Origin: a virus
Lineage: Duplodnaviria > Caudoviricetes
IMG/VR virus record: IMGVR_UViG_2706796186_000001
Location: 176,762-240,761 of that record
DNA: 64,000 nucleotides
Direction: 5' to 3' (one strand)
Part shown: piece after piece, positions 58,356 through 64,000 of the stretch
Numbering within the stretch: position 1 is the first letter of the stretch
How the letters are laid out: each line of letters opens with the position of its first letter
The notes under the pieces: generated by a model
What the model saw: only the letters and a program-made list of their open reading frames with translations
Databases searched by the model: none
Told to the model about the DNA's origin: nothing
Position numbers and translations under genes: made by a program

Positions 58356-59733
58356 AGCTTGCGATTGCGCGCACGAGGAAGTAAAGCAGTAACGCATTAC
58401 GCACGGCAGCCAGTGCCGCGGTATGGGTCAGGTGGGTCTCCTTCTTCACCAGTTTCTCTAAGCGGTCACGCAACGACAGGACGTATTCGTTGGTGGACTT
58501 TGAGGACTGGTAGAGCGCGCGCATCCGGTTCAACAAGAACGCCACGTCTTTGAAGTTGATGCGGTTGGTCACAATCAAATCAAAGGCATGGGCCAGCGCA
58601 TCGTTCATGATACTTTCGACTTCACTGCGCTGCTTCCCAAGAGGCAGAGAGGCAATGTAGAACAGCACCGTCTTCATGGCCACCGGGGAGGCTTTCGGCA
58701 CCATCTCGAGGGCCACGCGTGCTAACTCTTCTTTGTAGAAGTTGTTGATGTCGTACGAGGAGTCAATCAACGTTTGCTTGGCGGTGTTCAGTGCGGTGAC
58801 TTTGTCGCGGATAATCGACTCGCCATCCAAATCAATACGGGACGATTGACTCAGCACACGGGCGTTAGAACGGCGTACCGCATCCAGTACCGCGTAGTAG
58901 TCCTTCACCGTCTGTTTGGTACGGGTGTTCAAGTCCGTGATAAAACGGATGAGCAGATCGGGGTGGTTGAACGCCTTCACTTCGTTGTAGTGCGGGCACT
59001 CCTTCGACACGAAGTATTCCGCACGATCGGTCATGTGCAGCCCCCAGTTCCCCATGCGACGAATATCGAATTTCAACGACAGCATGGAGTACGCCGCTTC
59101 GGCGGCCGGAAGGTCAACCGGTTTCGGGAAGAAGTGGTAGTAGATACTCGAGTAGAATTTGAACTGGAGCAACTTCACCAAATCCACCGCTGCGCCGTAA
59201 ATCTCTTTGTCGGAGAATTTCGGGTACATGGCGTGAATCATGTAGGCGATGGTCAAGTTGAAGGTGTTACCCGCAACAGCCCAATCCGCGTTAATGGTTT
59301 TGGTTTGGGCAATCTCGGCTTCCAGTAAGTCTTCGTCCACCTCAAGCACTTCATCGAACAGGCGATTACGGTCACTGTCGTAGAAACGGATGGTGTGCAC
59401 CCCAAGGAGGTTGGAGCCAAACCATTCCACGTTCCCCTCGCGGTTGAACACACCGGAAACGTACAGGCGAATTTTGGTGGCCAAACGACGGTCAATGGTC
59501 ACGTTCTTAAACACGCCATCGAACGCCTTGCGCAGGGCTTCGGTCTTGACGGCCTCTGAGGCCACAAGCTGGCCAGCGGGGATATACCCGCCTAAACCGT
59601 AGTCGTAAATCAACCCGTTATCCAGAGGAATGTCCCACTCATCTGGAATGCGATTACGAGACGATTCGCCGACCGCTAACTCTTTTCCATCACGATAGCA
59701 ACCCGTCGTGAAGTCAAAAACAAGCTCGGACAT
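58354..59733 (-). CDS. Conserved phiKZ-like protein, probably virion-associated
   Basis: 459 aa; SD GAGGA; N-terminal segment ends in the A-x-E-type site VASE. Confidence 0.7.
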   Translation of the reverse strand: MSELVFDFTTGCYRDGKELAVGESSRNRIPDEWDIPLDNGLIYDYGLGGYIPAGQLVASEAVKTEALRKAFDGVFKNVTIDRRLATKIRLYVSGVFNREGNVEWFGSNLLGVHTIRFYDSDRNRLFDEVLEVDEDLLEAEIAQTKTINADWAVAGNTFNLTIAYMIHAMYPKFSDKEIYGAAVDLVKLLQFKFYSSIYYHFFPKPVDLPAAEAAYSMLSLKFDIRRMGNWGLHMTDRAEYFVSKECPHYNEVKAFNHPDLLIRFITDLNTRTKQTVKDYYAVLDAVRRSNARVLSQSSRIDLDGESIIRDKVTALNTAKQTLIDSSYDINNFYKEELARVALEMVPKASPVAMKTVLFYIASLPLGKQRSEVESIMNDALAHAFDLIVTNRINFKDVAFLLNRMRALYQSSKSTNEYVLSLRDRLEKLVKKETHLTHTAALAAVRNALLLYFLVRAIAS

Positions 59734-59756
59734 AACGATTCCTCTAAATTTTTACG

Positions 59757-59776
59757 GATAGATATTATCATTTTGA
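59757..59776 (+). promoter_or_regulatory. Early-type phage promoter motif (copy 4)
   Basis: GATAGATATTATCATTTTGA. Confidence 0.6.
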
Positions 59777-59801
59777 TAATACCATAAGGAGTTTTTAAAC
59801 C

Positions 59802-60932
59802 ATGAAGAAATTACTCAGAAAACAAGACTGGAATCATAAGTACCATTCCCCGGAGTTCGACAAGTCCACACCAGTGGTTGTCTGGAAACTCGACCACGGT
59901 TGTCTGTGCACCTTGCGCAACGTGGGTGGGATGGTCGTAATTGAAAATGGCACCTATTCTGCCGCCAACACCCTACTGGCTCGCTTGCTGGCCGAAGCGG
60001 GTATCACTGGGGACATCACCATTCATACCACGGCACTGATTCCACAGAACGTGTCTCGTTGGTTGACGTGGTGGTTGTCAACGGAGCCGGAAGAGGATGA
60101 CCCGCATCTGCGGACACTCACCGTTTCAACAATGGGGCAGATTCCCACAAAGAAACTGCCATTCCAAGTAAACGTAATTAAACCCGCGACAATGGCAGCC
60201 TACGAAGTCCTCGACTACGTACGCCAAAGTTCTCGCAACCCCTCTGTCTCACAATTCCTTGTGGAACACGGGGAACAGGTATACCGTCTGGAACCAGAAC
60301 GTCGGACGGAGGCAAAGATTGTAGACTGTACGTCACGCGGATATGTTTTACGTACCCAGTCCAATCACGTCTTCTTAACGAATATGGTCTCGAGACGGAT
60401 ACAGGCGCAACTCAAGGCTAAGAACTTGAGGCCCGAAAACCTCATCGGTGCCACCGTGAGGGTAGAGTACACAATGTTTACCGACGGGAACCGTCTGTGT
60501 AACTATAAGTCACCCATTGTGTATCGCTGTACCGATTTGGACACATTGTGTCCAGATGCCATCCCCCCATACGATGGTCCCTTCATGTTCATTAGTAACC
60601 AGCCATCCAACAACGCGCTGTTAACAGCCACCAGATGTGGACGGGCGAGGATTACACAAAACGGGGATTCTATCATTGGGTGCGATGGGGAGTCCGAACT
60701 GCAACTGTTCCGCTTCACCAGGGGCGTCGAGGACGGCTGCTATGCAGCTACCCTTGAGCGACAAGGGCAGTCGGAGGATTGGCGCTTTGAATCTGATTTG
60801 GCTACAGACGCACTCGATCCGGATGCGTTCGTACGTTGTGTGGAAAACCACCTTTACCACACAACAGGGTATCGCCTACAGGGAATCAGACTCAAATACG
60901 TTGATAGGACAAACACCCCAACGATGACATAG
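59802..60932 (+). CDS. Hypothetical protein, possibly a divergent ATP-dependent DNA-ligase-like fold
   Basis: WKLDHG near the N-terminus (KxDG-like) and LIGATVRVEYTMFTDGNRL...SP (ligase OB-fold-like). Confidence 0.5.
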   Translation: MKKLLRKQDWNHKYHSPEFDKSTPVVVWKLDHGCLCTLRNVGGMVVIENGTYSAANTLLARLLAEAGITGDITIHTTALIPQNVSRWLTWWLSTEPEEDDPHLRTLTVSTMGQIPTKKLPFQVNVIKPATMAAYEVLDYVRQSSRNPSVSQFLVEHGEQVYRLEPERRTEAKIVDCTSRGYVLRTQSNHVFLTNMVSRRIQAQLKAKNLRPENLIGATVRVEYTMFTDGNRLCNYKSPIVYRCTDLDTLCPDAIPPYDGPFMFISNQPSNNALLTATRCGRARITQNGDSIIGCDGESELQLFRFTRGVEDGCYAATLERQGQSEDWRFESDLATDALDPDAFVRCVENHLYHTTGYRLQGIRLKYVDRTNTPTMT

Positions 60933-60943
60933 GAGTAAACGCT

Positions 60944-61465
60944 ATGCTTGCTACACCTACCTGTACTGCCCAAAACGTAAACGGTCTGCGTGTAGTTTGC
61001 CAGGATAATAGACTGGCAAATCTGTGTGATGAAGGTATCATCACCGCCATGATTAACTACAACCCATTGGGAGACTACGGTCGCCGCAACCCCACCGAAC
61101 TGCTGTCTATCGCAGCGGTAATTAAGCGCATCTTCGGGAGCCTCACGGTTGCTGAATTTAGTCGTTTCATCGACAGCCGAGAAGACATCTCGGTCGGTTT
61201 CTTAGCCCTGCTGCAAGACGGTGCAGCCTCATTTGAAATGGGCTTAGGTAACTTCCTTGACTTTGAGTCAGGATTCGAAAACGGGGTGTTCTTCGTAAGT
61301 CGAGACCGCTACAATGGCGTTTGGAACTATCTGGCTAGATCAGGCGTCAACGTTCCGCCCAGTATCCGCAATATGCAGCTGTATGATGTCAACATCTTCG
61401 GAGAACCGGGGTTGTGGATCAAACCTGTCTATCTAGGAACTGACGGTTCTAGTATCCGTTCGTAA
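60944..61465 (+). CDS. Hypothetical protein
   Basis: SD AGGAG; 173 aa. Confidence 0.7.
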   Translation: MLATPTCTAQNVNGLRVVCQDNRLANLCDEGIITAMINYNPLGDYGRRNPTELLSIAAVIKRIFGSLTVAEFSRFIDSREDISVGFLALLQDGAASFEMGLGNFLDFESGFENGVFFVSRDRYNGVWNYLARSGVNVPPSIRNMQLYDVNIFGEPGLWIKPVYLGTDGSSIRS

Positions 61466-61469
61466 CGTG

Positions 61470-61510
61470 TGACTGTGCTGCCTTCGGGTGGCACAGTCAA
61501 TTTTTTGTTT
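61470..61510 (+). terminator. Rho-independent terminator
   Basis: TGACTGTGCTGCC-TTCG-GGTGGCACAGTCA followed by ATTTTTT. Confidence 0.9.
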
Positions 61511-61531
61511 GTTTGATTAAAAAATATTTCA

Positions 61532-61551
61532 GATATATATTACCTTAGTGA
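61532..61551 (+). promoter_or_regulatory. Early phage promoter (copy 5, perfect TATATTAC)
   Basis: GATATATATTACCTTAGTGA in an AT-rich context. Confidence 0.75.
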
Positions 61552-61601
61552 GATTGGCCTATCAATCTTAACTCAACCTATTGACTATCGAGGAATTAAC
61601 T

Positions 61602-62225
61602 ATGTTCAACTTCACTAAAGTAGCCGCCCTGTCTTCTCAGAACCTGAACCTGTCCGTTGAAGAGAATGAAATGATTCGCTTCATCGAGCAAACCGCGAAG
61701 AGTGTTCCGGTATTCGATTTCTACGTGTCTGGCGAGACCGCTATCGCGTTAACGGTAGAAAACAATACCGTGACCTTGGTCTGGGGTAAAGAGTTCACTC
61801 TGGAGCTTCTGGAGGACTTTGTGCGCCATACCTACCCAAGCATGAAAAACTTCTTGGTGTACCTGAAACAAGAAATCCCATGCCCGACCGGTTGGAAACA
61901 AACTTCCGTGTGCTTCACGCTGGTCAATCCCGCAGGCCACATCGGCGATTACACCGCTACTGATTTGGGTAACGGTTTCATGAACATCCAAACACGCTAC
62001 GGTGCAGCAGTCATCGGAGTAGCCGGTGCGGCGGGTACGCTGATTCTGTCTGATGAGCCATGCAGTGCACAGACGTGGGGCTTGATGTATGACATCGCTG
62101 GGAACTTTGCGAAAGAGGGTCGCCCGTTTACCGTACAGTCTACCACGCCGAAGTGGAATGAGTCCCTGTATCAAAACAGCGACTTCGAATTCCGTTCGCA
62201 GTCGATTTCAAAAACGTATGCCTAA
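61602..62225 (+). CDS. Hypothetical early protein
   Basis: SD GAGGA before ATG 61602; monocistronic between a promoter and a terminator. Confidence 0.75.
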   Translation: MFNFTKVAALSSQNLNLSVEENEMIRFIEQTAKSVPVFDFYVSGETAIALTVENNTVTLVWGKEFTLELLEDFVRHTYPSMKNFLVYLKQEIPCPTGWKQTSVCFTLVNPAGHIGDYTATDLGNGFMNIQTRYGAAVIGVAGAAGTLILSDEPCSAQTWGLMYDIAGNFAKEGRPFTVQSTTPKWNESLYQNSDFEFRSQSISKTYA

Positions 62226-62233
62226 TCAAAAAC

Positions 62234-62268
62234 GGGGAGCTTCGGCTCCCTATTTTTTTTGTTTTTTT
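62234..62268 (+). terminator. Rho-independent terminator
   Basis: GGGAGC-TTCG-GCTCCC followed by TATTTTTTTT. Confidence 0.9.
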
Positions 62269-62755
62269 GTGGCCCCATGCTGATACCCAATGCAAAATTG
62301 TACACTTTTTAACCATGGGGTAAATTCGCTCTGAATGCGTTTCTGAGATGGGGTGCATCTGACCCAGTACACTTGGGTTCCCAATACCCCATTCGTGCAG
62401 CAGGGAATCGTACAGCGCGAAATTGGGCGGGTTGCAAACCGGTTTCCGGGTGTGGGGTCGGCTGCGCGACCGCCGATGCCGATCACACGTTGGGGTGCGC
62501 TTGCGCGTTTTCAGGATCTAATTCAGGAATTCAGGACAAACGAATCTTCGTGAGTTTGGCTGAATTTGGTTGTTTTTTAACCGCTTACTCTCCCCGGCCT
62601 TTAGCCGGGATCGAGATTAGTTCAATTTAAAAATTTTTGTTTTAAAAACAAGCACTTGGGTTATATCCTACCCCCGATCCTGAACCCCCTCTGGGGTTCA
62701 GTTAAAAAGTCCTTTCATTATACGCGTGCACGCGCACGCCATTTCCTACAGGATC

Positions 62756-62850
62756 TTTTAAAAGAATTAATAATATTATTAAATATATATATCCCGTAGG
62801 GATAATATTAATAATTTAAATATATATAAACCCTACGGGTTTTAAATAAC
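62756..62850. repeat. AT-rich core with direct and inverted repeats (candidate origin or packaging site)
   Basis: Two TAATATTA...TAAATATATA units, followed by CCCGTAGGG and by its reverse complement CCCTACGGG respectively. Confidence 0.55.
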
Positions 62851-63010
62851 TAACGCGCGTGATCCTTATTACGAGATCTAATCCGGGAACCGGGGATCGG
62901 GGGAAAGTCGATTTACAAGTTTTCCCAGTTCTATGCACGACGAACCAAACGCTTGCCCAGACATCCCTGGGCCTTTTTCGAGAATCCACGATGCGGGTTC
63001 TGGACAAAGC

Positions 63011-63345
63011 CAGCGGGACAGCCTAACACTTCCCAACGCGTTTCAGGTTTCGGTCAGAGACTCGGACTTCGCATTCCGACGAGACCGGTACCGTGGTAGC
63101 CCCACGGGAGACTCACCGCTTTCGGGCCGTCACCCGATACGATGCCATGGAACTTACCCGTGGTCTGCGCGTGAACTCTCCCTGGGGTGTGGCCAAATTC
63201 GAATTCGGCTTGCGGCCGATACCCGTACACGGTTTAGCCCCGTGTACACCGGAGAACCTTCCGACAGGAGTGTGATCCAAATCTTGGCGGCTCGGAAAGA
63301 CGAGAGGGGGATGCCCCCACGCTGTGAAGCGCCGGGGCGTCGCTG
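63011..63345 (+). ncRNA. Candidate large structured non-coding RNA (~335 nt, family unknown)
   Basis: Ends pair (CAGC..GAC..GCCT / GGGC-GTC-GCTG) and enclose about a dozen nested helices found by eye. G-U pairs and a GUGA tetraloop favour the + strand. No credible ORF. Confidence 0.55.
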
Positions 63346-63372
63346 AATTAAATTCTAACCAGGAGTGTGACC

Positions 63373-63753
63373 ATGACCGACGTAACGTTCGAAAGTCTTG
63401 CCCCAACCCGGATGCCTGACCCGGTGACCTTCCCCCGCGATGGGTCGATGGTACCAGCTGCCGATGTGGTGGCTTGGTTACGCACCGGTTGTCCGACCAC
63501 GCACTGCCTGACTGCTGCTCTGCTCGAAAAACATTTCGAGTCGATTGCGTTTCAGCCGTTCCCCAACTCGCTGGCCATGGCTGCGGTTGGTAAACTCAAA
63601 CCGGAGAGCGGTGGTTATCACCTGCCGGTCTGTGTGAACACGCCGTACTCCCACGCAGAACTTGCGGTGGTCGGTGAGTTAGTCCGTACCGAAGCCCGAC
63701 TGCGTCACCCGAACTTCGGTAACTTCTCCACGGTACCCGGTTGGGAAAAATAA
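63373..63753 (+). CDS. Hypothetical protein
   Basis: SD AGGAG before ATG 63373. Confidence 0.7.
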   Translation: MTDVTFESLAPTRMPDPVTFPRDGSMVPAADVVAWLRTGCPTTHCLTAALLEKHFESIAFQPFPNSLAMAAVGKLKPESGGYHLPVCVNTPYSHAELAVVGELVRTEARLRHPNFGNFSTVPGWEK

Positions 63754-63809
63754 TATTTTTTACAAACTTGGGTGTTCCTGTGTTCAGACCACAGCACCGG
63801 AGAAAAACC

Positions 63810-63989
63810 ATGACACCAGAACAACGTCGTCGTCGTGACGAGGAAGAACGCCGCCGTCGCCAATCTGCACAGCGCGGTAGCACGCCGGGTTACATTCCGG
63901 TCGATGATTCGCCGTACTACGGCGGAAACGATTCGCCATCGGGTTGCGATACCGGCTCAGACAGTGGCGGCTCTTGCGGCTGTGACTAA
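63810..63989 (+). CDS. Small Arg-rich / Gly-Ser-Cys-tailed protein
   Basis: SD GGAG; MTPEQRRRRDEEERRRRQ...SGCDTGSDSGGSCGCD. Confidence 0.6.
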   Translation: MTPEQRRRRDEEERRRRQSAQRGSTPGYIPVDDSPYYGGNDSPSGCDTGSDSGGSCGCD

Positions 63990-64000
63990 GCGAGGTTAGC

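Noticed and set aside
62895-62915. GGGGAAAGTCG resembling the RNase P GAGGAAAGUCC motif
   Set aside because: The match is imperfect and the complementary 3' P4 motif (ACAGAA..CGGCUUA) was not found.
62250-63406. Several 60-137 aa ORFs in the non-coding island (e.g. 62933-63346)
   Set aside because: No SD, atypical composition and mutually overlapping. The region is better explained as structured non-coding sequence, although translation is not formally excluded.
1-64000. tRNA, rRNA and tmRNA genes
   Set aside because: No cloverleaf with T-loop GTTCRA and acceptor stem was recognised by eye in the intergenic gaps. tRNAscan or ARAGORN would be decisive.

Overview
This 64 kb window is from a phiKZ-related, nucleus-forming jumbo myophage (Chimalliviridae). 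Gene order most resembles the Salmonella SPN3US / Erwinia phiEaH2 / Cronobacter CR5 group, judged from recalled synteny and not from a database search. Core genes present: four subunits of the split virion RNA polymerase (beta-N, beta-C, beta'-N with the DYDGD catalytic motif, beta'-C), a UvsX/RecA-like recombinase, RNase HI, a DEDDh exonuclease, thymidylate synthase, a 2.46-kaa tail protein with a lytic transglycosylase domain, prohead protease, tail sheath and tube, neighbouring virion proteins and the terminase large subunit. Accessory blocks carry CYTH, NADAR-like, MazG-like (one intact, one degenerate), HAD and HD proteins plus many unknowns. Regulatory grammar is visible directly: five copies of a 20-bp early-promoter motif, a CTTAGTATG late-promoter candidate and a family of near-identical terminators. 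Top leads: (1) a 54-aa micro-ORF missing from the ORF track (22170-22334) that is essentially a free-standing copy of the enterobacterial ribonucleotide reductase alpha C-terminal dithiol arm (EDDNCAGGACKI versus E. coli QDDGCESGACKI); (2) a ~335-nt densely nested, multi-branch RNA-like structure (63011-63345) inside a 1.1-kb non-coding island that also holds an AT-rich inverted-repeat core; (3) a candidate two-component spanin pair; (4) anti-defence-like nucleotide enzymes. No tRNA, rRNA, CRISPR array or transposase was found. Orthologue gene numbers are from memory and need confirmation.
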